NCBI GenBank assembly: GCA_963772835.1
Contig: CAVYYZ010000005.1
Span: 142,877-206,876, forward strand
Reading direction: 5' to 3'
DNA from: an uncultured delta proteobacterium
GTDB lineage: Bacteria; Desulfobacterota; Desulfuromonadia; Geobacterales; Pseudopelobacteraceae
DNA: 64,000 nucleotides
Shown: piece after piece, positions 1-10,583 of the stretch
How the letters are laid out: each line of letters opens with the position of its first letter
Position numbering within the stretch: the stretch's first letter is position 1
Position numbers and translations under genes: made by a program
The notes under the pieces: model-generated
Seen by the model: the letters and a program-made list of their open reading frames with translations, nothing else
Told to the model about the DNA's origin: nothing
The model's database searches: none

Positions 1-1
1 G

Positions 2-406
2 CTTAAATCTGATGATCCGCTGCTGGTGGTTGGCAAACTCGAAAAAGGCGAAAAGGGGTGCAAGGTACTGCTCATGAAGGGGGGAGAGGAAAATAATGGC
101 AGGAAATTCCAGCGTGATCGCGGTCCGGCAGGAGATATCAAACTGCTTTCCGAGGCCCGGTCCCAGACGACCAGAAAAGTATCGTTCATCCTGCGTATCG
201 ATGAAACCCCCGCACAGCATATCACCCTTCTCAGAGAGGTCATCGAACGGCATCCCGGGAATGTCCCTGCCTTTATCCAGTTCCAGATACCGGGGCGGAG
301 CCGCACCATCATGCCGTTGAAAGCCGGAATGAACGTAGCAGCGAGTGATGATTTAAGGCTGGAAGTAGAACGCCTGTTAGGGTATAATGCCGCGTCTTTT
401 GAGTAG
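2..406 (+). CDS. dnaE: DNA polymerase III alpha subunit, C-terminal fragment (gene begins before the window)
   Basis: Frame is open from base 2 (LKSDDPLLVVGKLE...HPGNVP...V..SDDL..EVERLLG), typical of the DnaE C-terminus; dnaE-accA adjacency is conserved. Confidence 0.85.
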   Translation, partial: LKSDDPLLVVGKLEKGEKGCKVLLMKGGEENNGRKFQRDRGPAGDIKLLSEARSQTTRKVSFILRIDETPAQHITLLREVIERHPGNVPAFIQFQIPGRSRTIMPLKAGMNVAASDDLRLEVERLLGYNAASFE

Positions 407-426
407 AGTACTAAAATAATAACCCA

Positions 427-558
427 CCACTGAGGTACCGATTTACGGAGAAGATCTTTTTTCATCGATTACATGTAATGAAACAGGACGGCCTTTTTAC
501 TTTTTCATTACATTCTTCTCTTTGATTTTGTTTTCTCCGTCTCTCCGTGTCTCCGCGG
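427..558. repeat. Long imperfect inverted-repeat element in the dnaE-accA spacer
   Basis: CCACTGAGGTACCGATTTACGGAGAA pairs imperfectly with TTCTCCGTCTCTCCGTGTCTCCGCGG, with an inner pair ATGTAATGAAA/TTTCATTACAT. Confidence 0.5.
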
Positions 559-578
559 AAAAGAAATGAGGTGTCATA

Positions 579-1535
579 ATGGCTACTCCGTTTTATCTTG
601 AGTTTGAAAAGCCGATTGTTGAACTGGAAAAGAAGATTGAAGAGCTGAATACTCTGGCAGACGGCGGCCTGGACATATCAGCCGACGTAACCGCTCTTGA
701 AAATCGTGTAGAGGAAATGCGCGGGGATATATTCTCCAACCTGTCCCGATGGCAGACTGCACAGGTGGCCCGTCACATCAACCGTCCCTTTACTCAGGAC
801 TATATCAATCTCATGTTCACAGAATTCGTCGAACTGCACGGAGACCGGAACTACGGCGATGATCACGCCATTGTGGGCGGACCGGCACGTTTTAACGGCC
901 AACCGGTCATGGTTATCGGCCATCAGAAGGGGCGCGATACCAAGGAGAAAGTCTTCCGTAATTTCGGCATGCCCAACCCGGAAGGATACCGCAAAGCGCT
1001 GCGCCTGATGCAGATGGCAGAACGTTTCAAGCTGCCGGTGATCACCTTTGTCGACACCCCCGGAGCATATCCGGGCATCGGGGCCGAGGAGCGTGGACAG
1101 GCAGAGGCGATTGCCCGCAATCTGCGCGAGATGGCGAGTTTGCGTACCCCGATCATTGTCTGTATCACCGGCGAGGGTGGTTCCGGCGGAGCGCTGGCCA
1201 TTGCCGTCGGCGATCGCATTTTGATGCTGGAACATTCGGTTTATGCCGTTATTTCACCGGAAGGGTGTGCCGCCATCCTCTGGTCGGACGGGACGAAGGG
1301 TGCCCAGGCCGCAGAGGCACTTAAGCCAACTGCAAAGGATATTATCAAGCTGGGAGTCATCGATGAAATCATCAAGGAACCGGTCGGCGGTGCCCACCGT
1401 GATCACGAGGCTACGGCCAGAAGCATGAAAGAAGCGATTGCCCGGAACCTGACCGAACTGAACAGGCTTTCCGGCGACGAACTTGTGGAAGGGCGCTATA
1501 ACAAATTCAGGGCAATGACACGGGTTGCTGAATAG
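579..1535 (+). CDS. accA: Acetyl-CoA carboxylase carboxyltransferase alpha subunit
   Basis: [44 protein letters not shown] motifs; RBS GAGG. Confidence 0.98.
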   Translation: MATPFYLEFEKPIVELEKKIEELNTLADGGLDISADVTALENRVEEMRGDIFSNLSRWQTAQVARHINRPFTQDYINLMFTEFVELHGDRNYGDDHAIVGGPARFNGQPVMVIGHQKGRDTKEKVFRNFGMPNPEGYRKALRLMQMAERFKLPVITFVDTPGAYPGIGAEERGQAEAIARNLREMASLRTPIIVCITGEGGSGGALAIAVGDRILMLEHSVYAVISPEGCAAILWSDGTKGAQAAEALKPTAKDIIKLGVIDEIIKEPVGGAHRDHEATARSMKEAIARNLTELNRLSGDELVEGRYNKFRAMTRVAE

Positions 1536-1707
1536 GTCTGCGACACACTCCCGTGACGTAACAAAGATCACAGGCGGTACTATTGAAGCGGTGAAGGCGT
1601 TCATGACACGTTAAGGAGCCGGGAAGTAAACCGATGATGTTTCATTTTTTTATACAGCAGGATCTCTGTGGGCGGTTTAACCGCCCCTGTCTTTTTAAGG
1701 AACTGTA

Positions 1708-2520
1708 ATGCTCGAGCGTCTGCAAAAAATTATATCCGCCGCTGGAATCACCTCGCGAAGGGCCTCTGAAGCACTGATCCTGAACGGCCAGGTAGCCGTC
1801 AACGGCATCGTCGTCACCGAGTTGGGAAGCAAGGCTGATCCAACTAAAGACACCATCACGGTTGATGGGAAAACCCTTAAAATCAGCGTACAACGCCTGT
1901 ACATTTTACTCAACAAGCCACCCGGATATATTACCGCCCTTAAAGACAGTCAGGGGAGACCGCTGGTTACCGACCTGCTGAAAGATGTGTCGGACCGTGT
2001 CTACCCGGTTGGACGTCTGGATTATAACACCGAGGGGCTGCTCTTATTGACCAATGACGGTGATTGGGCCAATCGACTCATGCATCCCCGCAATGAAATT
2101 GAAAAAGAGTATCATGTCCGGGTACGCGGCAAGGTAATAGATCAACAGCTGAAACGTATGGCCGAAGGAGTTGATCTGGAGGACGGCAAAACCGCACCTG
2201 CGGTTGTAAACCTGGTAAAGAGCGGTGAACAGAACGACTGGATATCAGTCGCGATTCATGAGGGCCGCAATCGCCAGGTGCGCAGAATGTGTGAAGCTGT
2301 CAGTCTTTCAGTCGTCCGCCTCAAGCGCATTCGCTACGGCACCCTCATGCTTGGCACACTCAGGGCCGGGCAGTTCCGCTACCTTTCAGATGCTGAGGTA
2401 TGTGAACTGTCAGGTGAACCACCAAAAACAACTGCGGTGGAACGTCCGCACCGTGAAGTACAGCATAAATCAACGCGACCAGAACGATCAGGAGGAAAAG
2501 GCAGTGGAAGAAGGCAGTAG
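1708..2520 (+). CDS. rluB: rRNA pseudouridine synthase (RluB/RsuA family, S4 domain)
   Basis: ERLQK..SRR S4 domain, LNKP, VGRLD catalytic motif, EGRNRQVRRM. Confidence 0.9.
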   Translation: MLERLQKIISAAGITSRRASEALILNGQVAVNGIVVTELGSKADPTKDTITVDGKTLKISVQRLYILLNKPPGYITALKDSQGRPLVTDLLKDVSDRVYPVGRLDYNTEGLLLLTNDGDWANRLMHPRNEIEKEYHVRVRGKVIDQQLKRMAEGVDLEDGKTAPAVVNLVKSGEQNDWISVAIHEGRNRQVRRMCEAVSLSVVRLKRIRYGTLMLGTLRAGQFRYLSDAEVCELSGEPPKTTAVERPHREVQHKSTRPERSGGKGSGRRQ

Positions 2521-3361
2521 TAGAAGGTCCGGTTTTATCGAACGAGTCAGCCGTTTTGTAACCGGACGTAAAAGAACAACCGAACAGGAAATTTACGATT
2601 TTATCGAAGCATCAGAGGAAGAAGGGCTGGTTAACGAGGATGAGTGCGAGATGATTCGTTCCATCTTTTCTCTCGGAACGACAATCGTACGGGAAGTCAT
2701 GGTAACGCGCACTGAAATGGCATGCGTCACCGTAGAAGCATCCATGCGGGAACTGCTGGACACGATCATCACCTGCGGACATTCCCGAATCCCGGTGTAC
2801 GAAGATTCTCTCGACAATATCATCGGCCTGCTGTATGCCAAAGACCTTCTCAAGCTATGGGGTACCGATGAAAATCATTTCTCTGTACGAGAAATCATGC
2901 GCCCGCCCTATTTTATTCCTGAATCAAAAAACCTGGAGCAGCTTCTGCAGGAGTTTAAACGCAAACGCGTTCATCTGGCGATTGTCATTGATGAGTATGG
3001 CGGGACGTCCGGTTTGATAACGATTGAAGATCTGCTGGAACAGATTGTGGGCGACATTCAGGACGAATATGATCGTGAGGAGTCACTTTTGACAGCCAAC
3101 TCCGATGGCAGTATAACCGCTGATGGCAGGTTGCCGATTGAGGAACTGGAAGAGCATTTTGATGTTGAAATCGAGAGGGACAACTTCGATTCAGTCGGAG
3201 GGCTTGCCTTCCACCTGACCGGCAAAATACCGTCAATCGGAGACATAATCGATGGGGCCGGGCTACGCCTTAAAATAATTGACGCCGATCTGCGGCGGGT
3301 TAAAAAAGTTGTGATCAGCCGCATCAAAAGTACCTCTGCAGAAAACACGGGGCGTGAGTGA
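2504..3361 (+). CDS. corC: CorC/HlyC-family CBS-pair transporter-associated protein
   Basis: GHSRIPVY, VIDEYGGTSGLITIEDLLEQIVGDIQDEYD; GTG start at 2504 after GGAGG; lies directly upstream of lnt. Confidence 0.85.
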   Translation: MEEGSSRRSGFIERVSRFVTGRKRTTEQEIYDFIEASEEEGLVNEDECEMIRSIFSLGTTIVREVMVTRTEMACVTVEASMRELLDTIITCGHSRIPVYEDSLDNIIGLLYAKDLLKLWGTDENHFSVREIMRPPYFIPESKNLEQLLQEFKRKRVHLAIVIDEYGGTSGLITIEDLLEQIVGDIQDEYDREESLLTANSDGSITADGRLPIEELEEHFDVEIERDNFDSVGGLAFHLTGKIPSIGDIIDGAGLRLKIIDADLRRVKKVVISRIKSTSAENTGRE

Positions 3362-4911
3362 GCACTCCGATTTCTCTTTCATCAATAAAGTACCTGCTTG
3401 ACCGCAAGGCCGGCTTGGCAATCGCCAGCGGCATTCTGATCGCCCTTTCCTTCCCGAATCCAGGCCTCTCTTTTCTGGCCTGGATTGCACTGATCCCCCT
3501 GCTGATTGCCATGGAAGAGAGTTCACCACGGGAGGCATTCCGCATCGGCCTGACCTGCGGCATTACCTCATATGCCCTTATCCTTTATTGGCTTAACATC
3601 GTTTTTGTCCAGTACGGCCACCTCCCCTGGTCTGTCAGCATACCGGTCTACCTGCTGCTTGTTTTCTGGCTGGCACTTTTCTATGCCCTGAGTACCTGCA
3701 TTGCAAGGCTGGGCGAATTGGCCGGCATCAAAGCCGCCTTTACCCTTCCGGTAGCCTGGGTCGCCTTTGATTTCATCCGCTCATTTCTGTTTTCAGGCTT
3801 TGCCTGGGCCATGCTCGGTCACTCCCAGTTCCGCACCCTGCCGCTGATCCAGATTGCCGATCTGGCGGGTGTCTACGGCATCACCCTCCTGATCGTTCTC
3901 GCCAACATAGTCCTGCACCGGGCTCTACGGGCGGTTTCCGGGGCCGGTGTCCCCTACCCGATTAAAAGTGCCGTAATTCTTTTGTTTCTCCTTCTCGGCA
4001 CCCTCTTCTACGGATTCAACCGTTTAAACGCGCCTGAATCAGCACCATCGAGTACGTTGCGAGTCGCCCTGATTCAGGGGAATATCCCCCAGGATGTTAA
4101 ATGGAGTCCGGCGTTTCGGGAGCATACGGTAGACACCTACGTGCGCCTTACCCGGGAAGCGTCCAAAGGTGGAGTCGACCTGGTTGTCTGGCCTGAAAGT
4201 GCAGTACCTTTTTTCTTTCAGGATGAACCGGTTCAGGCGAAACGGCTCAGGGACCTCGCAAGAGAGTTGAATGCCTGCCTCCTGTTCGGGAGTCCCGCAC
4301 ATGAACTTCGAAACGGCAAAAGCACCTTTTTGAACAGCGCTTTCATGCTGTCTCCGACCGGTGAGACAATTGGGCGGGCAGACAAGATGCACCTGGTCCC
4401 GCTTGGTGAATACATACCACTCGGGAATATCCTGACATTCATTAACAAGCTTGTCGTCGGCATCGGTGATTTTTCACCCGGCGAACGGGCCATTCCCTTG
4501 GATACGGGAAGCACAAAGCTCGGCATTCAGATCTGTTATGAGGTAATCTTTCCGGAACTGGCCCGTCAATACGTTCAGGCCGGTGCCCGTGTTCTCGTGG
4601 CAATTACCAATGATGCCTGGTTTGGCCGATCATCCGCCCCGTATCAACACCTGGCTATTTCGATCTTCCGTGCGGTTGAAACCCGCACCCCGCTGATCCG
4701 TGCCGCAAACACCGGAGTTACCGCTATTGTTGACCAGAATGGTCATATCCGGACCATGACCCCCTTGTTTTTGGAAGCGTATCGCACCGGTGAAGTGCAG
4801 TCGGGCAGCGGCAAGTCGCTCTATCTCACGATCGGTGACGCCCCGGCCTGGCTCTGTGTGATGCTGACCGCCGGAATAGCTCTGTTTGTGTGGTTCCATC
4901 GAAAAAAATAG
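3358..4911 (+). CDS. lnt: Apolipoprotein N-acyltransferase
   Basis: Multi-TM N-terminus; QGNI, WPES, K.HLVP.GEY, ICYE, TNDAWF, RAANTG. Confidence 0.97.
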   Translation: MSTPISLSSIKYLLDRKAGLAIASGILIALSFPNPGLSFLAWIALIPLLIAMEESSPREAFRIGLTCGITSYALILYWLNIVFVQYGHLPWSVSIPVYLLLVFWLALFYALSTCIARLGELAGIKAAFTLPVAWVAFDFIRSFLFSGFAWAMLGHSQFRTLPLIQIADLAGVYGITLLIVLANIVLHRALRAVSGAGVPYPIKSAVILLFLLLGTLFYGFNRLNAPESAPSSTLRVALIQGNIPQDVKWSPAFREHTVDTYVRLTREASKGGVDLVVWPESAVPFFFQDEPVQAKRLRDLARELNACLLFGSPAHELRNGKSTFLNSAFMLSPTGETIGRADKMHLVPLGEYIPLGNILTFINKLVVGIGDFSPGERAIPLDTGSTKLGIQICYEVIFPELARQYVQAGARVLVAITNDAWFGRSSAPYQHLAISIFRAVETRTPLIRAANTGVTAIVDQNGHIRTMTPLFLEAYRTGEVQSGSGKSLYLTIGDAPAWLCVMLTAGIALFVWFHRKK

Positions 4912-5004
4912 TATCAACCAAGAAGACAGGATACGTTCGTTAACGAAGTTTATTTTGCCGGTAAACTCAAAACTAAACGTCCAGCTTACTAAGGAGTGAT
5001 AGCC

Positions 5005-6124
5005 ATGTACCGTGAAGAAACAGCAAAAATGAAGGATTGTGAAGAGCGGATCGCCAAGCTTCGGGGGGCTCTTTGACGTAGATGCAAAACGTGAATCGAT
5101 CATGGAGATCGAATCTATTATGGCTGAGCCCGGTTTCTGGGACGACAGCAAAAAATCACAGGAACTCATCAAAAAACGGACAACCATCGAAAAAATAGTC
5201 CAGATGTGGGACGGACTTGTGCGTCAGACGGAAGATATCCGAGTGATGATTGAGCTGGGTGAAGAGGCTCAGGATTCCGAGACTCTGACAGAGGTTGGCG
5301 TCATGACCGCCCGGTTGATTCAGGAGGTCGAATCAGCCGAGTTCCAGCGAATGCTCTCCGGTCCCCATGATCGGAATTCCTGCTTTATTACCATAAACCC
5401 AGGAGCCGGCGGTACCGAATCACAGGACTGGGCAGAAATGATCCTGCGAATGTATCTGCGTTACTGCGAAAAAAAAGGGTGGAAGACTATTATCACCGAA
5501 TATCAGGCCGGGGATGAAGCCGGTCTCAAATCGGCGACATTCAATGTCAGCGGCGAATACGCCTACGGCTACCTTCGGGCGGAAGCAGGCATTCACCGCC
5601 TGGTTCGTATATCTCCCTTTGACAGTAATGCACGCCGCCATACCTCCTTCGCCTCGATGTATGCCTTCCCTGAAATTGAAGAGGATGACATCGAAATTAA
5701 AATAAGTGATACCGATTTGAGGGTTGATACCTTCCGATCCGGTGGTGCCGGCGGCCAGCATGTCAACACCACAGACTCGGCCGTCCGCATAACACATATT
5801 CCTTCAGGTATCATCGTCGCCTGCCAGTCTGAGCGAAGTCAGATATCAAATCGCGGCACCGCCATGAAAGTCCTGCGGGCCAAACTGTATGAGCGGGAGG
5901 TTGAGGAGCGCAAAGACAAGGCCTCCGAAATCGCCGCCGAGAAAAAGGAAATCGGCTGGGGGAGTCAGATCCGCTCGTATGTTCTGCACCCCTACAAGAT
6001 GGTCAAAGATCTGCGCACCGGAGTTGAATCCGGCAACCCTGATGCCGTCCTAGACGGCAATCTGGAGGAATTTGTAGTGGCGTACCTGATGGGAGTCAGG
6101 CGCAATGTCGGGGAAGTGGAATAG
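5005..6124 (+). CDS. prfB: Peptide chain release factor 2, with programmed +1 frameshift
   Basis: ATG at 5005 after AAGGAG gives MYREETAKMKDCEERIAKLRGAL, then CTT TGA C at 5071-5077; the +1 frame continues DVDAK... with SPF and GGQ motifs. Confidence 0.97.
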
Positions 6125-6135
6125 CCCGGACGTTT

Positions 6136-6675
6136 TCAATCCTGAGGAGGAGCTCTGCCGGTTCTTATCACATATTCAATATCTTCCTTTTTTTTGGCAA
6201 TACTTTCTGCGCAATAAGTCCATATCCGGTAGCTTTCTACACCAAGTATTGTGATCCCGGAGCCGAGCACCGCCCAGTAATTATCTTCAAGGTTATTGCC
6301 AAAATAGTAAAAGAGAAAAAAGGCCGTCAGAAAACCGACATGGCTGAAACTGCTCAGATGTTCAATGCCGGATGTCATACGGGACAAACTGAGAATAATT
6401 GCTGAAAAAGTATACACTATGAGTACTATACTGATAATTCTGGCAGGTGGCGGTTTGCCGAGAAACACGTTGACCGTATCAGGCACCGGAAGAAAGGGAA
6501 ACCCCCACCAGGCGAGTACGCAGACCACCAGAAAGAGCGAAAGTGCCAGGACACCCCGGGTGGAAAATCGTTTCAGTCGCTTTATTTCACGGCCTAATTC
6601 ATGTCGAATGGTGTCAGCACAATCTCTGCTTTCCGTGATATCACCCGACAGTTGATCTCCACTCATGTCTGCCAT
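6136..6675 (-). CDS. 4-TM membrane protein, last gene of the Cbc5-like cluster (CbcE-like)
   Basis: Four hydrophobic segments; assignment rests on position after the cytochrome genes. Confidence 0.65.
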   Translation of the reverse strand: MADMSGDQLSGDITESRDCADTIRHELGREIKRLKRFSTRGVLALSLFLVVCVLAWWGFPFLPVPDTVNVFLGKPPPARIISIVLIVYTFSAIILSLSRMTSGIEHLSSFSHVGFLTAFFLFYYFGNNLEDNYWAVLGSGITILGVESYRIWTYCAESIAKKKEDIEYVIRTGRAPPQD

Positions 6676-6692
6676 GCAATCCCCGATACCAG

Positions 6693-7532
6693 TTACAAAT
6701 CCTCTGATTTTTCAGAATTCTGTTTCTTAACGGCAAAGTTCTTTTTTTCGCGGTAGTACTCTGAGGCAATCATGTCAAGATCATGGGGCAGATGCGGCGG
6801 GGGTAGCAGAATATCGTTATTTATTGAAGAAGACTCCACATACTTCCGCAAGCGCCGGATCGGGAGGAAAACATTTCTCCTCAGCAATGCCGTAACTCCT
6901 CCAATTGTAAGGATGAGGCTCATCAATGAAAAGATTGCCATCTGAATGCGCAGCATTGCAAGAGAGCTATCATGTTCCGCCCGCGACAGTCCAATATCCA
7001 ATGTACCCAGAACCTTCTGGGCGGCAGGATGAACATGGCATGCCGCGGCTGAGCAGTCCGGTTCATTATAGATGGGTGCGGTAATCGCCATTACACCCAT
7101 ACCATCCGGTTTTCTGAACGTACGGGCCTGCTGCATTGTCCCCAGACTGGTTACAGGGGTTGCACCTTTGTGACAGACTATGCACCCTTCTGCAAACTTA
7201 TCAACCTGGCTGTTTATCTCACCCGAATTGGCCGAAAAGGTCACAACACCTTTTTTATTGAAAATTCTGACATGATCGACCCCTTTTTGTTCGCCCACGT
7301 TTCGTATGATTGTTGCCAGCGTTTCACGGTCAGACTTGTGCATTGCATAGCGGGTGGACTTGAGGAGGATATCGGCAAGATTAGTGGCATGAACTATCTC
7401 TCCTCGATGGAGATCTTCACGGATTACCGAGTACAGTATCAAACAGCAGACCACCATAAAACCGGTTACTGCGAGCCCGACCGGCACCAGCGCTTTTCCC
7501 GCAAGAGTAGCAAACATATTATTCCTCCGCAC
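6693..7532 (-). CDS. Membrane protein with periplasmic c-type heme motifs and no kinase domain (CbcD-like)
   Basis: TM, periplasmic domain with CIVCH and CSAAACH, TM, short HAMP-like tail; homologous to the sensor domain of 12007..13566. Confidence 0.75.
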   Translation of the reverse strand: MRRNNMFATLAGKALVPVGLAVTGFMVVCCLILYSVIREDLHRGEIVHATNLADILLKSTRYAMHKSDRETLATIIRNVGEQKGVDHVRIFNKKGVVTFSANSGEINSQVDKFAEGCIVCHKGATPVTSLGTMQQARTFRKPDGMGVMAITAPIYNEPDCSAAACHVHPAAQKVLGTLDIGLSRAEHDSSLAMLRIQMAIFSLMSLILTIGGVTALLRRNVFLPIRRLRKYVESSSINNDILLPPPHLPHDLDMIASEYYREKKNFAVKKQNSEKSEDL

Positions 7533-7554
7533 TCCCGGACATATTCACTTTCAT

Positions 7555-8544
7555 CTACATTTTGTGACACGATTTGCATGTATCTGTAACAGTGAAAGCG
7601 GTTTTCCCATCATGGCATCCGCCGCAGGATTTCCCCTTTTCCATTTCTCCCATCGTAATTTTTACAGGGTCGCGGAGCGTTTTATAGAGGGACGCATGAC
7701 AGTCACTGCACGTGTACAGACCAATGTGGAATGTATGACTGAACATAACGTTGCCGGTGCTCTTCTCTTCAAACAGCAGTTCTCGTACCGGGTGACATTT
7801 TGAACACTCTTTCACAGAAAAGGCCAGTTTGGCATTGTGGCACGCGCCGCATGATGCCCCCTTCGCCATGGCTGCCATCCCTGCACGTTTGTTCTTTTGA
7901 TTAGGAGCATACAGCTTCGGATGACATGCGCCGCATTGTACCGCGGCCAGGTGAGCCGTATGACTGAAATTGGTGGGGCCGGTTTCTTTCACCTGATAGG
8001 TAATTTCCTTGACCGGGTGACATCTGACACACGTTTCAACGCCGAATGCTTTTTTACTGTTGTGACACGCACCGCAGGATTTTCCCTTTTCCATATCAGC
8101 CATAGTGAAACGCGTAGAGGAATTTGTGGTAAACAGTGTGGGATGACATGCCCCGCAATCTGCTGAAACGGCGAGATGAGATGTATGACTGAAGCCGGTA
8201 GGTCCTGTGGCCTTCACTTTAAACACAATATCTCTGGTCTGATGGCATCGACCGCATTCTGCGAGAGAAAATGCCTTATTTCCCGTATGGCATGCGCCGC
8301 ACGAACGACCCTTTGCCATCTCTGCCATGGTAAAGCGCTTCTTCTTTTTTAAATCGTAAATGGCATCGTGACAGGCCCGACAGTTTTTACTCATCCCTTT
8401 CGTGTTTATATGGTCCCCATGGCTGAATATCACTGTGCCGGATTTTTTTGGATGATAAACCACATCCCGTATACTGACTGCAAACCCTGGACTTTGCACC
8501 AGAAGGAGTAATGTAAGGATAGTGAGGACGATGCGGCATTTCAT
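7555..8544 (-). CDS. cbcC: Periplasmic dodecaheme cytochrome c (four c7-type repeats; CbcC-like)
   Basis: Signal peptide; 12 CxxCH motifs in four FSH..H repeats, each with M..M..G.SCG.CH. Confidence 0.85.
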   Translation of the reverse strand: MKCRIVLTILTLLLLVQSPGFAVSIRDVVYHPKKSGTVIFSHGDHINTKGMSKNCRACHDAIYDLKKKKRFTMAEMAKGRSCGACHTGNKAFSLAECGRCHQTRDIVFKVKATGPTGFSHTSHLAVSADCGACHPTLFTTNSSTRFTMADMEKGKSCGACHNSKKAFGVETCVRCHPVKEITYQVKETGPTNFSHTAHLAAVQCGACHPKLYAPNQKNKRAGMAAMAKGASCGACHNAKLAFSVKECSKCHPVRELLFEEKSTGNVMFSHTFHIGLYTCSDCHASLYKTLRDPVKITMGEMEKGKSCGGCHDGKTAFTVTDTCKSCHKM

Positions 8545-8637
8545 AGAAATTCTCCTGTGCGTTTATTGCTCCGTTTCAGAAACCATCAGTTTTTCACCAG
8601 GGATTTCCGGATGAAATTACTGTGCTCAGATGGACCG

Positions 8638-9309
8638 TTACCTGCTGAGTGTTTTTTCAGGACTGCTGTCTTCGACCTCTTCCTCCTCCCACCCGTTCCA
8701 CATCGGCTTAAAATGAGACAGGGGAGTATGACCGAGAGTTGCCAGATAGATATGTACAAAAAGAAACGCGGTAAAACAGCAGGCAAGGAGAAAATGCGTC
8801 CCGACCAGCATTTTTATACCTCCAAGCAGGAGAAGCAGCTCTCGCAGCGGGGCAACATACATGAGGAGCACGCCGCTGAATATAACCAGCGGCAACAGAA
8901 TAAACATAATAACCAGGTATGTGGCCTTCTGCATCGGATTAAACTTGCTTTCAGGGGTACTGTGGTGCGGATTCGGTTTTCCAACAAAGTAGGTAAGTAA
9001 ATAGAAGTACGCCTGACGGAAAATGCCTGACGTAAGATCTTCAAGTGTCGGAACGTACAGTTTTATCAGACTTCGCGCCACGACCAGGTAGTACACCAGC
9101 CAGAGTGTATAGGAGATGGAAACAACCATTCCGGCAGTATTATGCAGGCGGATTGCGGCTTTATAGGCTCCGAAAATGTTTATGTAATCGGGAAAGCGTA
9201 TCTGAAGACCGGTCACGCAGAGGGTAACGATTCCGAAGGCATTCAGCCAGTGCCAGATTCTGACTGGCAGGGGGGTAACGTATACCATCTCATTATGCTT
9301 CATGATCAT
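8638..9309 (-). CDS. cbcB: Diheme cytochrome b, quinol oxidoreductase subunit (CbcB-like)
   Basis: RIWHW, RLHN..G, KFNPMQK, GTHF..., FVHIYL; Ni-hydrogenase cytochrome b-type pattern. Confidence 0.85.
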   Translation of the reverse strand: MIMKHNEMVYVTPLPVRIWHWLNAFGIVTLCVTGLQIRFPDYINIFGAYKAAIRLHNTAGMVVSISYTLWLVYYLVVARSLIKLYVPTLEDLTSGIFRQAYFYLLTYFVGKPNPHHSTPESKFNPMQKATYLVIMFILLPLVIFSGVLLMYVAPLRELLLLLGGIKMLVGTHFLLACCFTAFLFVHIYLATLGHTPLSHFKPMWNGWEEEEVEDSSPEKTLSR

Positions 9310-10354
9310 GCTCCTTTCTGTTCTTTCTGGTCAGAAATCGTAAGAAACCGTGAAACACCGGAAAGGACAGACCTGCCGCAACAATCAACGCACCGACAAT
9401 ATTGAGCGGAGTACTTCTTGTCGTGCCGAGCATGTAAAAATCGGGGGTCCCGTAAAGGATATCAAGAATTGCCCCTTTTTCTACGGCCACCCTGGTGTAC
9501 CCACCGGTTTTCTCCGGAAATGCCACAAAACTTCTCTGCATGGCTTTTGGCCCGGATGCGTGACAGAAAGAACAGTCCCAGCGATTATCCAGAATCTGAT
9601 AACTGTGGGTGACAATCTCCGGCGTCATCATACCCCACAGCCGCATATTCATGCTGCGAAGCCGGTGATTGAATGCCCTCAATTCTTTGAGAGAGACAAG
9701 TTTATCTCCATTCACATCAATGATACCACTTATCCCGCCCCCGTTAGAAAGTCCGGCAAGTTCATCATAGGTAGCCGTTTTAAAAGCTCCTTTCGAGCCT
9801 GGCATGCGGCTTTCAATTGACATCGTTATGACATAATCCTTCGAACCGGTATGACAGGTAATACAAAGCAGCGAATCTATATGCAGGTCGGCCTGGGGAA
9901 GCCATTTAGAGTGAGTTTTAATGGTTTTTCGTGTGTCATGGCATTTCGCGCACGTGCTGTTGATGTCGTCGCCGGACATAAACATCGGCAGCCGGACCTC
10001 ATGCGGGTTGTGACAACCGTTGCAGCCGGCTTTTGATGCATGGAGACTTTTCGCATATTCGGCATAAACAGGACTGTGGCACTCTCCGCACGTCGCTTTT
10101 GGCGGTATATACCCATCCCCCGGATGACCGGATGAAACACGGTCATGACAAGACGTACAGCCGACAATTGAATGTGTGGTGGCACCGAACTTCACCGGGT
10201 CAATATAGGCATTCACTCCTGGAACGGTCTTGATTCCAACCCGACCATGGCAGTTCATACACTTTTCATTTTCAGGAGCAACAGCCGACACGGCGACGGT
10301 TGAAAGCATCAAAACAGCCAGAAGCATCCATATGGTGCTGATACACGCTTTCAT
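9293..10354 (-). CDS. cbcA: Membrane-anchored heptaheme cytochrome c (CbcA-like)
   Basis: Start MKACIS after GGGAG; signal peptide; 7 CxxCH motifs; C-terminal TM ending FHGFLRF; overlaps the cytochrome b gene. Confidence 0.85.
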   Translation of the reverse strand: MKACISTIWMLLAVLMLSTVAVSAVAPENEKCMNCHGRVGIKTVPGVNAYIDPVKFGATTHSIVGCTSCHDRVSSGHPGDGYIPPKATCGECHSPVYAEYAKSLHASKAGCNGCHNPHEVRLPMFMSGDDINSTCAKCHDTRKTIKTHSKWLPQADLHIDSLLCITCHTGSKDYVITMSIESRMPGSKGAFKTATYDELAGLSNGGGISGIIDVNGDKLVSLKELRAFNHRLRSMNMRLWGMMTPEIVTHSYQILDNRWDCSFCHASGPKAMQRSFVAFPEKTGGYTRVAVEKGAILDILYGTPDFYMLGTTRSTPLNIVGALIVAAGLSFPVFHGFLRFLTRKNRKEHDHEA

Positions 10355-10583
10355 AGTTTCGACTCCCTGTCCAATCCTGCGTAAATTCAAATAGTGGCAA
10401 TTGACATTTCGCAACCGACCACATCTTTGTAGCACTCTTTTGTGAACATACAAGTCCAGTATAAAAAATACTCATGTAACACTACCGGTTCCTCAAAAAA
10501 AGAGACATTTCAGGAATACACCCGTTTGACATGTGTGAAATATTTGGTAGCTTTTATTAAATGGACGCAGAAGAGGACACCCT

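Noticed and set aside
1670..1696. Regulatory RNA before rluB
   Set aside because: Only a short GGGCGGT/ACCGCCC hairpin with a T-run; possibly a terminator, with no recognisable family.
2225..2503. N-terminal extension of the CorC-like ORF
   Set aside because: Overlaps rluB; GTG at 2504 has a strong RBS.
5039..5076. prfB start given by the ORF track
   Set aside because: Artefact of the +1 frameshift; the start with an RBS is at 5005.
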